A stretch of 64,000 nt of DNA. It comes from Vampirovibrionales bacterium (lineage in GTDB: Bacteria; Cyanobacteriota; Vampirovibrionia; Vampirovibrionales; Vampirovibrionaceae). The number at the start of each line of letters is the position of its first letter. The first letter of the stretch is position 1. Of this stretch, positions 18,771 through 27,519 are shown piece by piece. Under the pieces are notes generated by a model, which saw only the letters and a list, made by a program, of their open reading frames with translations, did no database searches and was not told the origin of the DNA. The translations under genes were made by a program, and so were the position numbers. The stretch is taken from positions 20,152 to 84,151 of the forward strand of contig JAYKHP010000023.1 in assembly GCA_035285165.1 (NCBI GenBank), given 5' to 3'.

Positions 18771-19811
18771 TTACTCGCCCCAAAATGGCCTGATATCAAG
18801 CAAATCCGGGTTCTTATTATTTTGGATAAAACGAACGCCATGGCGCTGAGTATCTCCAAAAACACAGACCCGTGTGAAATTTTTCAACACCTGGCTATTG
18901 TCCAGCTTGCTCATTAATGGTTTATCCAGCCAAAACCGGTGCGAATCCCCATGAATTAAAAGCACAGGCTTGCCGAGTCTGGGCACTTGCAATTGAAGCG
19001 TGTCGATAAAATCGTTAAAGCCTTCTCGCGCTTTCGATTTTTCGGAAAATTCAAAATTCGGATTCGCCTGCATAAAAATCACCAGGCCTTTTACGCTGGG
19101 TAACAGGGCGTGTTCAAATGCCTCAAGCAGCCAGGCGTGATTGGCGTTTCGCCGGGCTTCGAATTCGTTTTCCCCATCCGCTCCCGGCGCCCGGTTATTG
19201 CTGCCCACGATATGCAGCGTCGTAAAGATAAAACCCTTTTGCTGCCAGCGCACATTCTCCACATAATCGCCGTAAGCCGCTTGGGCGCTTTGCCGTAATA
19301 CGGGAAGATCCCGTTCAAAGCCTGCCTGCGGTGGATAAAAAATACTGCGAACCCTTGCCAGTTGCTTGATGGGGTTTTGAGGCGGCAGCCGATAAATCCG
19401 GTGACAATCCGTCCATTCATTATCCCCCGGCGTATAAATCAAAGGCTGGTCAAACGTGTTGAAGAGATCGCGGACTTTAAAATAATATCCGTCGGTGCAA
19501 GGGGTTGCCCCGCTCATAATGTCTCCCACGTGAACTGTAAATGCCGGTTTTTCCTGGTTAATAGCCGTAATTAACGTTGTCAAACGCTGGTAATCTTCCG
19601 GGAGATGATACGGCATATCCCCGATCACGATAAATTCAAACGGGGCGCTGATAGAAGAAGGGTCGCTCGGGTGCTTTTTTCCAAAAGCCGGTGATAGCGG
19701 GGTAAAAGCTATTATTGTAAAGGCCATTATTACCAGGCAGAAAAACAAACGTCCGCCACGAGCAGTGTGTTTTGCAATGTGTGTCAATGAAAAGAAGTTC
19801 AGCCTCGGCAC
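18771..19811 (-). CDS. calcineurin-like metallophosphoesterase, signal-anchored
   Basis: FIVIGDMPY, HVGD, PGDNEW, LHIVGSN and LIHGDSH are in the expected order for the metallophosphoesterase fold. The N-terminus is hydrophobic. GTG start, preceded by AGGAG. Confidence 0.75.
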   Translation of the reverse strand: MPRLNFFSLTHIAKHTARGGRLFFCLVIMAFTIIAFTPLSPAFGKKHPSDPSSISAPFEFIVIGDMPYHLPEDYQRLTTLITAINQEKPAFTVHVGDIMSGATPCTDGYYFKVRDLFNTFDQPLIYTPGDNEWTDCHRIYRLPPQNPIKQLARVRSIFYPPQAGFERDLPVLRQSAQAAYGDYVENVRWQQKGFIFTTLHIVGSNNRAPGADGENEFEARRNANHAWLLEAFEHALLPSVKGLVIFMQANPNFEFSEKSKAREGFNDFIDTLQLQVPRLGKPVLLIHGDSHRFWLDKPLMSKLDNSQVLKNFTRVCVFGDTQRHGVRFIQNNKNPDLLDIRPFWGE

Positions 19812-19853
19812 GTTCTCCCACTCCTGTTTTTTGACCGGTTTTACCGACGGGTT

Positions 19854-21245
19854 TTATTGTGCTGAAAAGGCCGGCCGTTGTCGAGGGTCTGCCGCTAAGG
19901 GTTTTGAGAAGTGAAACGGGTTTTGTCCAGGCGCTATGGGCGCGCTTGCTTGTGCGCTGGTAATTGCAGGCAGTAGCTCAACCCCTTTTGCTGCCGCAGC
20001 ACTTTTGGGGCCGACCGAATGAGAGGATTGCTGGTCGCTGCCGCTGTTATGGTGGGGCGCATGGGACAGCTTGCTTTGTTCAGCCAGTCTTGCGTACTTG
20101 CCTTTGGGCGGCTTGGAAAGCTTATGTTTTATCAGGGTCAATACCGATACGGTGTAGACCACAAAGGCCGTTCCAAACGTGGCCATAAAACGTGTGGCAT
20201 ACCCTGGAATCTTTTTAGTGGCGAAATAAAGGCCCGTTGCGGTCAGCCCCGCCGGTATAAGCGACCATACCTGCGGTGCGACGACTTCTCGTGTGGTGCC
20301 TCTTTTTTCAGCCAGAATTTTCTGCCAGGGCTGAAGGACATTAAAGTCAAACCAGGTGCCCCATAAACCAAAATACAGGAAGTTCAGCGCAAGCCCGCCT
20401 ATCATGCTGGCCCAACTGCCGGATTTTCGGCTGTAATGCACCGCATTCTGTACGGCCCTGCTGGTGGCCATATCATGTAACAGCTCTCGGCCGGTTTTGT
20501 TGGCCACCCGCTGCGTATGCGCAAATATTTTATCCTGCCATAAAGATGAGGTTGAAGCTGAAGAGGTCGCTTTGCCTCCAAAGGCCTTTTCAAGGGCCTC
20601 CCGGCTTTTTTCAATCGCGCTTGCCAGTATTTTTTCGGTTTCAGCCGTCTTTTTTGGGGTTAGCCCTGCGCGATCGACCTTGAATTTTTCCATGTCGGAT
20701 TTTTCGATTTTGCCGATGGCCTCCTGAAATGCCTGGGCCTGCTCGTGATTAAAGCCATAATAGTGCTTCAGGTATCCCGTCTGATCCAAACGGCGTTGCA
20801 TCTGTTCGGCCAATACCAGCAGTTCGTTGTACTCCTTGGAGCCCGGGGCAAGCTTTTTCAGATCGCGGTTGCGCAGGATATCGGCAATGGCGTAAAAGCT
20901 TTTTTCATTTACCAGATAGCCGAGCATCCGGTGCTCTAAAGCGCGCGGCAGGGTTTTGTAGTTCTTCGCACCCGCCACATCCTTGTACTCGTCACCCAGG
21001 CTGTGCAGGCCAAGGGCTTCGACCATGCGCGGCACCATATACAGCGATTCCATCAAGCGGAATGTCCAAACGCCCATAATGGTGTTCAAAAGGCCCAGGT
21101 AAATGTCACGGAAAGTATAATCCGCCTGCCTGTCCTCGGGGATTGTGTCCATCCGGGCAACCGCCCGGATAATCAGGTTGAGCGCAGCGCCGTTCTGAAA
21201 AACGTTCATCGCCAGGTTGTTGTATAAAATCGATCCACCAATCAT
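19854..21245 (-). CDS. uncharacterised membrane protein, type B, copy 1 (paralog of 22540-23856)
   Basis: 463 aa. Shares RMDTIPEDRQADYTFRDIYLG, LEHRMLGYLVNE.SFYAI and GTWFDFN.LQPWQK.LAE.RGTTREVV.PQVW with copy 2. Hydrophobic helices sit at both ends around a charged helical middle. The start overlaps the upstream stop (ATGA). Confidence 0.75.
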   Translation of the reverse strand: MIGGSILYNNLAMNVFQNGAALNLIIRAVARMDTIPEDRQADYTFRDIYLGLLNTIMGVWTFRLMESLYMVPRMVEALGLHSLGDEYKDVAGAKNYKTLPRALEHRMLGYLVNEKSFYAIADILRNRDLKKLAPGSKEYNELLVLAEQMQRRLDQTGYLKHYYGFNHEQAQAFQEAIGKIEKSDMEKFKVDRAGLTPKKTAETEKILASAIEKSREALEKAFGGKATSSASTSSLWQDKIFAHTQRVANKTGRELLHDMATSRAVQNAVHYSRKSGSWASMIGGLALNFLYFGLWGTWFDFNVLQPWQKILAEKRGTTREVVAPQVWSLIPAGLTATGLYFATKKIPGYATRFMATFGTAFVVYTVSVLTLIKHKLSKPPKGKYARLAEQSKLSHAPHHNSGSDQQSSHSVGPKSAAAAKGVELLPAITSAQASAPIAPGQNPFHFSKPLAADPRQRPAFSAQ

Positions 21246-22543
21246 GCCAGCAGTCCCCCGTTTTGCAGGCGGATCGGTTTTTCAGAACTCTGTTCGGCTT
21301 CTTGAATTACTTTTTCATTAATTACTTTTTCGTGGCTTTTCTTGTTATGTTCCCGAATTTGCTGTTTTAGCTTGGCGGGCATCCGGTCCGGGTCAAAGTC
21401 ATGATCCAGCGGCGCTATCAGCCTGAAAACGCTCCACATCAGGAGATAACCCCCCAGCGTGACGGATAGTGCGGTTGCTCCGGCAAAGCTGATAAACTTG
21501 AAATTGCTCAGGCGGCGCATAAACTGTTGCAGCGATTTCAATTCTACAGTTTCGGCTTTTGAGAGTCCCTGTAAGCTGTGTTTTTGCTGCTCTTTCAGAT
21601 GGGTGATGCGCTTAAAAATCAACTCCATATCCAGAGCGTCCAGTGTGGCCCAGAAGGCCCGGTAATGGTTTTCAGGCTTAATTTTTATGCCGACGCCCGG
21701 CTTGTTGAGAAGATCGTAATAATTCACCGGTAAACGCAAGCGGTTAACCGCCTTGTGGAAGGTGCCCCCTTGAAACTGTCCTGCTTTTTCAGCGGTGCCG
21801 AATTTTTCAATCATCCCGCTTCGTTTTTTGTTTAATTGCGGGATGAGCGTTTCGAGACGCTTTGCCAGTTTAAGATTGCGACGATAATTCTTGTTTGCCT
21901 GACGTTGTTCAATCGTAAAACGGATAGGGTTTTTTCCTATGCCTAAACGATTTTCCACCCGCTTCCAAAATGGCCATTCGGCCCCTTCGGTTGGTTTCTC
22001 TTTCAGAGCGGTTTTTTTCAAATGCTCCAGGTGTCGCTGGGCCCTCACCAGCTTGTCGTTGAGTAATTCATAAGGTGTTCCCTGAGGCCTCATGAAATTA
22101 TCCAGTAGCGTATTGATGCTAAAGCGGTCGTATTTCATCAGCATGAAGATGCCGATGCTCATAAACCAGGTGATCACATTCCGGCCACTGGTTTCCCATT
22201 TGTGCTGATCTTTTTTGATCGACGTATACGCCTGGGGGACATACAGGCAGAAAATCAGCATCAATCGGTTCATCCAGTCGGGAAGCGACATGTTGAGAAA
22301 ATCGACTTCGCGCGTGATCCGACTTTTTGTCCATTGGGCGTCAAAAATCTTCGCCAGTTTATCGGCAACTGTCCTGAATTTGATAGGGTTAACCTGAGGG
22401 AGATTGGAAAAACCCCCTCCCCCAAAATGAATGGAAGAAGGGGGAAATGATTGATTGGAAAGAGGCTTTATACCGAAATTCGAAACAGTCTGCTTTCGAT
22501 AAAGAGGGCTCAAGTTCTCTTGAAGGGAGGGGAGGGTGTTCAT
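21242..22543 (-). CDS. uncharacterised membrane protein, type A, copy 1 (paralog of 23853-25163)
   Basis: 433 aa. Shares CLYVPQAYTSIKKDQHKWET.GRN and IAP.DHDFDPDRMPAKLK with copy 2. Two N-terminal and one C-terminal hydrophobic helices flank a basic ~230-aa region. ATGA overlaps at both ends. Confidence 0.75.
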   Translation of the reverse strand: MNTLPSLQENLSPLYRKQTVSNFGIKPLSNQSFPPSSIHFGGGGFSNLPQVNPIKFRTVADKLAKIFDAQWTKSRITREVDFLNMSLPDWMNRLMLIFCLYVPQAYTSIKKDQHKWETSGRNVITWFMSIGIFMLMKYDRFSINTLLDNFMRPQGTPYELLNDKLVRAQRHLEHLKKTALKEKPTEGAEWPFWKRVENRLGIGKNPIRFTIEQRQANKNYRRNLKLAKRLETLIPQLNKKRSGMIEKFGTAEKAGQFQGGTFHKAVNRLRLPVNYYDLLNKPGVGIKIKPENHYRAFWATLDALDMELIFKRITHLKEQQKHSLQGLSKAETVELKSLQQFMRRLSNFKFISFAGATALSVTLGGYLLMWSVFRLIAPLDHDFDPDRMPAKLKQQIREHNKKSHEKVINEKVIQEAEQSSEKPIRLQNGGLLA

Positions 22544-23856
22544 TCGCCAATGGCCTCCCGCTTTTTGAGGTTTTGGGCCGCAAAAGGATTCAGCCCTTTA
22601 ATGCCGATTGTATGCGGGTTGGGGTTAATGTCATGATTGGTTGTGCGGGAGAAGGTTTGTTTGGCTGGGCCATTAGCGTGCTGCGCGATTTCATGATGCT
22701 GGGCGTGAGCTTTTTTGCTCTGCTCGGCAAGCAGGGCGTATTTCCCTTGTGGCGGCTTGGAGAGACGCTGCTTGATGAAAAACAGTAATGACCCGGTGTA
22801 GACTAAAAAGCCTGTGCCAAATGTTGTGATAAAGCGCGTGGCATAACCCGGGATGGGCTTGGTAAGGTAATGCATGGCAACGGCTGCAGCACTACCTGGC
22901 GCAAACGCCCAGACCTGCGGCAGAACCACTTCGCGCGTAGTGCCGCGTTGTTCGGCGAGTTTTTTCTGCCAGGGCTGAAGGATATTAAAATCAAACCATG
23001 TGCCCATCAAGCCCATGGTGACAAAAACCATTCCCACCCCTGCCAGCAAGTTTGCCCATGCCCCGGTTTTTCGAGTATAACGCACCAAGTCCTGGACCGA
23101 GCGGCTCGTGGCGGCATCATGCAAAAGTTCTTGAGCGGTTTTATTGCTGAGCCGCTGGGTATGGCTGAACAGTCTTTCCTGCCAGTTGTTGCCGAACGCT
23201 TCGGCAAGTTGGCTCTCATGAGGGGCGATGGCTTTTTCCAAAACTTCCCTCGTGGTGGCATCGGGTGCCTTGGTTAAGCCGTTTGCTGTCAGCTTGAAAT
23301 GGGCGGCGCCTTTATTGCCCAGGGTTGTCATCACCTTGTCGAAAGCGTTAACTTGCTTGTCGTTAAAGCCATAGTAAGCCTTAAGGTAACCGTTCTGATT
23401 TAAGCGACGCTCAAGCTGTTCAGCCAGCAACAGCACTTCCTGCTGTTCTTTGGAGCCAGGCTTGAATTTTTTGCTGTCGGTATTTTTCAACAAATTACCA
23501 ATGGCGTAGAAACTTTGCTCGTTAACCAGATAACCCAGCATCCGGTGTTCCAAAATCCGGGGAAGGGACTTGTAATCACGTGCGCCGACAACGCCTTGAT
23601 ATTCTCCGCCCAGGTTATGAAGTCCCAAAAGCTGCACCATTTTGGGTACCATGTAGGCGCTTTCCATCAGGCGAAACATCCATGTGCTGGTCAGGGTATT
23701 GAGCATGCCCAGGTAGATATCGCGAAAGGTGTAATCGGCCTGGCGATCTTCTGGAATCGTATCCATTCGAGCCAGCGCCCGTGGCACCAGGGAAACGCTC
23801 CCCATGTTGGCCAAGAGATGGCTGGTCAGCTTGTTGTAAAAAAGCGCCCCGATCAT
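22540..23856 (-). CDS. uncharacterised membrane protein, type B, copy 2
   Basis: 438 aa, alignable over nearly its full length with 19854-21245. ATGA overlaps at both ends. Confidence 0.75.
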   Translation of the reverse strand: MIGALFYNKLTSHLLANMGSVSLVPRALARMDTIPEDRQADYTFRDIYLGMLNTLTSTWMFRLMESAYMVPKMVQLLGLHNLGGEYQGVVGARDYKSLPRILEHRMLGYLVNEQSFYAIGNLLKNTDSKKFKPGSKEQQEVLLLAEQLERRLNQNGYLKAYYGFNDKQVNAFDKVMTTLGNKGAAHFKLTANGLTKAPDATTREVLEKAIAPHESQLAEAFGNNWQERLFSHTQRLSNKTAQELLHDAATSRSVQDLVRYTRKTGAWANLLAGVGMVFVTMGLMGTWFDFNILQPWQKKLAEQRGTTREVVLPQVWAFAPGSAAAVAMHYLTKPIPGYATRFITTFGTGFLVYTGSLLFFIKQRLSKPPQGKYALLAEQSKKAHAQHHEIAQHANGPAKQTFSRTTNHDINPNPHTIGIKGLNPFAAQNLKKREAIGE

Positions 23857-25163
23857 GCGATGACGCCTCCAAACGAGGGTCGTGACAAGGGGCGCTGATT
23901 TTGTGAGGAAAGAGAGAAACTGGGGGCGCTGGCAAACGCATTCGTGTTTATGGCTGTATTGGATGGGATTGGAGGCGCCACCTCTTCTTTTCGCTTGCTC
24001 TCTCGAATTTTCTTCTTGAGCTTGGCGGGCATGCGATCCGGATCAAAATCATGATCAAATGGGGCAATGAATTTGAAGACGATCCACATCAGTAGAAAAC
24101 CGCTCAGGATAATTCCCAGCGTGGTGTCCATCGCGTTTCTAAGCGGTCGGCTGTGGCTTATCCTTGTGGTGAACTGCTTAAGGACTTTAAGTTCTTTCAG
24201 TTCTTCAGGATTTAATTTACCGGATTGCTTCAGATCGCTTAACGCCTTAATCCGCTGATGAACCAGGCTCATTTGCAGATCGGTCAAGGATGCCCAGAAG
24301 GCTCGGTATCGATCGGCCCGCTTGATTTGAACCCCGACCTCCGGACGGCTGATAAGGTCATAATAATCTCCCTCAAGGCGGACTGTGTTCAGGAGTTTGT
24401 GAAAAGCCCCACCCGGATATTGTCTGGCTTTTTCAACCCCTCCAAGCCTGTTTGTCAGCGTGACCTGACGCTGTTCCAGCTTGGGAATTTTACGCTTCAG
24501 ATAACGCTCTATGACCTGGGCTTTTCGATACTTGTTTAATGTTTGCTTTTCTTCCTGGCTAAACTGGGTGGGATTAGAGCCAAGGCCCAGGCTGTTTGTG
24601 ATTCTCTTCCACAAGGACCAATCGGCTCCCACTGGAGGTTTTTTGGCCAGGTCGTTTTCTTGAAGGAATGCCAGATGTTCACGGGAGCGTTGGAGGTTTT
24701 TATTCAGTAATTCATAGGGTGTTCCCTTGGGCCGCATCAAACCGTCAAGCAGCGCATTGATACTGTAACGGTCATGTTTGAGAAAAAAACCAATCCCAAG
24801 GCCAAACAACCAGGTCACCATGTTTCGACCGTTGGTTTCCCACTTGTGCTGGTCTTTTTTAATCGAAGTATAAGCTTGCGGCACATAAAGACAAACCACC
24901 AGCATCATGCGAACCATCCAGTCCTGCATGGACATATTCCAGAGGTTGGGCTCGCTGGTGATGAGCCGTTTCATAAAAGGGCGCGTGAAAACGTTGCCTA
25001 TTTTATCAGCCAACGAAAGGTACTTTATCGGTTTGAGCGCTTCCGTTGCCGCATTGCCAAATTTTGGCTGGATGTTCCCTTTTTTGACCACCCTCGGCAG
25101 CCCGGATGACAAAGCGCCGGATGATGCGGTTGCGTAAGGCTGGTCAGTGAGGAACACGGACAT
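23853..25163 (-). CDS. uncharacterised membrane protein, type A, copy 2 (first gene of the array)
   Basis: 436 aa, alignable with 21242-22543. Preceded by a 290-bp intergenic region. Confidence 0.75.
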   Translation of the reverse strand: MSVFLTDQPYATASSGALSSGLPRVVKKGNIQPKFGNAATEALKPIKYLSLADKIGNVFTRPFMKRLITSEPNLWNMSMQDWMVRMMLVVCLYVPQAYTSIKKDQHKWETNGRNMVTWLFGLGIGFFLKHDRYSINALLDGLMRPKGTPYELLNKNLQRSREHLAFLQENDLAKKPPVGADWSLWKRITNSLGLGSNPTQFSQEEKQTLNKYRKAQVIERYLKRKIPKLEQRQVTLTNRLGGVEKARQYPGGAFHKLLNTVRLEGDYYDLISRPEVGVQIKRADRYRAFWASLTDLQMSLVHQRIKALSDLKQSGKLNPEELKELKVLKQFTTRISHSRPLRNAMDTTLGIILSGFLLMWIVFKFIAPFDHDFDPDRMPAKLKKKIRESKRKEEVAPPIPSNTAINTNAFASAPSFSLSSQNQRPLSRPSFGGVIA

Positions 25164-25453
25164 AAGGTAAATCAGGAACCTGTGGCGAGATAAATCAGGT
25201 GAGCCCTAAGGTCAGATGATTCGCTAAACTCGAAATGAGGTTTTTGATTGATTGTTTTTAAGGCGATAAAGATGAGGAGGTGTGTCAATTTGTCAGTTCA
25301 TGCTGGCATGAAAGCACAAAGACGGGCTGTCGTTCCAGAAGAACCTTGCTTCTCTCTCAATAAACGTTACGCAAGGGTAAAATTGCCCCTATGAAATGAA
25401 AACAAGCGCCACAGATTGTTTTTTTATTAAAATACAAGAAAATCGACAATTTG

Positions 25454-26626
25454 CTAGTTAGCCACTTCTAAAACCCGATTACCCAGATTTTCCTCTTGTT
25501 CAGGAAAACCGCTGCTGATAAGCGGGGTGCAAGCAAACAAATGATCGTCAAAAATGGCCAAATCCGATAGCATCCGGCTTTTCTGGCGTGCGTCAAGTAA
25601 TGGACCGTTTAATAGCGTTCTCAGTTTGTCGCGAAATTCCGGATAATTCTCCCGCGCCTTATCACTCACGTAGGTTACCCGTTGCGTACCGTCATGAATA
25701 CCCAGCGCCAGTTCCTGCACATCGGGCACTTCATAGTGCCAATCACTCTCATCCCCTTTCCTTTCATCAAAGGCGTTAATCAGCATCCGCACGAGCAGCA
25801 GCAGGAAGCGGTTATCCTCAAACGGGCCGTTTGCCCGCTGAAACCAGCGATAGGTGGCAATGACGTAATTGAAATGCACAAAATCATGTTCGCCGCTTAT
25901 GCGACCGCTTTTGTGTCGGGCGATTTTTTCAGTCGCCGTATGGCATTGGGCCCAGAAGAGAATGTCAAACTCGTGATTTTCACCCTCAAGGCTCCGCCAT
26001 TGTCCGCGATGCTCCCAGGGAGCCCATTGTCGCATCCAATCCACGTTAATCATCAATTCCCAGGTTGCGGTTAAGTGTCCAAACCCTTTTTGGGCATACC
26101 AGCCGTCCCAGGCGGGGCTAACCCCCAGGCAGGCCAAGTCCCGCTCGGCGCATAGTTGGTAATGTCGCTTGAGAAAATCGGGCTCGTTGATGAATAAATC
26201 GGCGTCGTGCCACAACGCATGGGTACTTTGGGTTGCCGACACGCCTCGCGTAATCTGCAGCCAGCAATTCATATGCGGATTATTAAAGCGCTTGGTCAAA
26301 AAGCTTTCAAGCGGATTAAGCTCCGCCAGGCGAAGCGGTGGCCCCTGCCATTGTTCCTGATAAGCGTCGAATCGTTTTCTAAAACCTTCTGAGCGTTGAT
26401 CCGGGATAACAATGGCTTCTAGGCAATTGGAAAAATTTTGTCGTTTGCAGACTTCCAGGGCGATTTTTAAAAAGACCGGTAAATCCCCTGGAATCAGTAA
26501 AAGCAGGGAGTATCCCGGTGCAGGTGTTTTATGGCGACGAGGCCAGCGACTGTAAAACAGTTGCCAAAGCTTTTCTTTCATGCGGATTGCATCCTGTAAC
26601 GGCTGTTGAGCCTTGATTTTGTTCAC
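25454..26626 (-). CDS. hypothetical protein, possibly GT-A-like glycosyltransferase fold (weak)
   Basis: 390-aa ORF. LLLLIPGD...IVIPDQ near the N-terminus and WHDADLF (DxD-like) are the only hints. Confidence 0.5.
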   Translation of the reverse strand: MNKIKAQQPLQDAIRMKEKLWQLFYSRWPRRHKTPAPGYSLLLLIPGDLPVFLKIALEVCKRQNFSNCLEAIVIPDQRSEGFRKRFDAYQEQWQGPPLRLAELNPLESFLTKRFNNPHMNCWLQITRGVSATQSTHALWHDADLFINEPDFLKRHYQLCAERDLACLGVSPAWDGWYAQKGFGHLTATWELMINVDWMRQWAPWEHRGQWRSLEGENHEFDILFWAQCHTATEKIARHKSGRISGEHDFVHFNYVIATYRWFQRANGPFEDNRFLLLLVRMLINAFDERKGDESDWHYEVPDVQELALGIHDGTQRVTYVSDKARENYPEFRDKLRTLLNGPLLDARQKSRMLSDLAIFDDHLFACTPLISSGFPEQEENLGNRVLEVAN

Positions 26627-26738
26627 GGCAAGGTAAAATAATACTGATATTCAAGCCTGAAGTTTTGTAGGATGGAACCGCTCTATCGGCTGATCTATTT
26701 TTTAGCTGTTTACTTCTCTGATTGCGAGGCGTGATGAT

Positions 26739-26981
26739 TCAGTTTGGCGTTGTTTTGTTTTTGAAATGACGTTTGAAAAATTTGAATTTTCCAGAATGTT
26801 TTAAAAACCATATGCCCTGCCAAACAAACGCCCCACTCAGGACAAACAGGGGCAGCGCTTGCGCCAGGCCCGCATGCAGAACACACAAAGGAATGCTCGA
26901 AGAAAAAATCATGGTGAAGAAAAGATCATCAATAACACCTGAAAATTTAATGGCAGCATGACTTAGCGTTTTCAGACTCAT
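26739..26981 (-). CDS. small hydrophobic protein (two predicted TM helices)
   Basis: 80-aa ORF. It overlaps the 3' end of the upstream CsoR-like gene by 35 nt. No motif. Confidence 0.35.
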   Translation of the reverse strand: MSLKTLSHAAIKFSGVIDDLFFTMIFSSSIPLCVLHAGLAQALPLFVLSGAFVWQGIWFLKHSGKFKFFKRHFKNKTTPN

Positions 26982-27330
26982 CGAGAGCCTGTTCAGGGAC
27001 AGGTTTGCTCTTGGGTTTTAGGCGTACCAAGGTTTCAGGTTTCCAGTCCCCCAGCTCCAGTTCCGGCGCGCGGCGAAATACTTCCACCAGCTCGTCGATG
27101 ACGCGTTGTCCATCCTGGTTTTGCATTGCATCGGTCACACAGGTTTCCAGGTGCTGGCGTAAAATTTCTTCAGACACCTTATCGAGCGCCGATTGAACGG
27201 CTTTCATCTGGTGAAGCACATCAATGCAGTAACGCTTTTCATCCACCATCTTGTAAACGTGATTCAGGTGTCCCATCGCTTTTGAGAGGCGTTTTTTCAG
27301 GTTCTCTTTTGAGCTGTCGGTAATGGGCAT
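26947..27330 (-). CDS. CsoR/RcnR/FrmR-family metal-sensing transcriptional repressor with C-terminal extension
   Basis: KKRLSKAMGHLNHVYKMVDEKRYCIDVLHQMKAVQSALDKVSEEILRQHLETCV (C...H...C ligand pattern of DUF156). Preferred start is MPITDSS at 27330; the ORF track runs to 27456. About 50 extra C-terminal residues. Confidence 0.75.
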   Translation of the reverse strand: MPITDSSKENLKKRLSKAMGHLNHVYKMVDEKRYCIDVLHQMKAVQSALDKVSEEILRQHLETCVTDAMQNQDGQRVIDELVEVFRRAPELELGDWKPETLVRLKPKSKPVPEQALDESENAKSCCH

Positions 27331-27519
27331 AAGCAATTTCCCAAAAAAATAGCGGCAAGCAATAATAGAGGGATTCGTCAGTAAAGACGCATCAACTCTT
27401 TCTACGAATACCATAAACCAAGGCCGGACTGAACCGAATGCTTTAAAGCAAAGCAAGCGTTTCAGCCCGGCCTGAAGAATAGGTTTTAGGACATTTAGAT
27501 TAAGAGCGGCTTTTATAAA

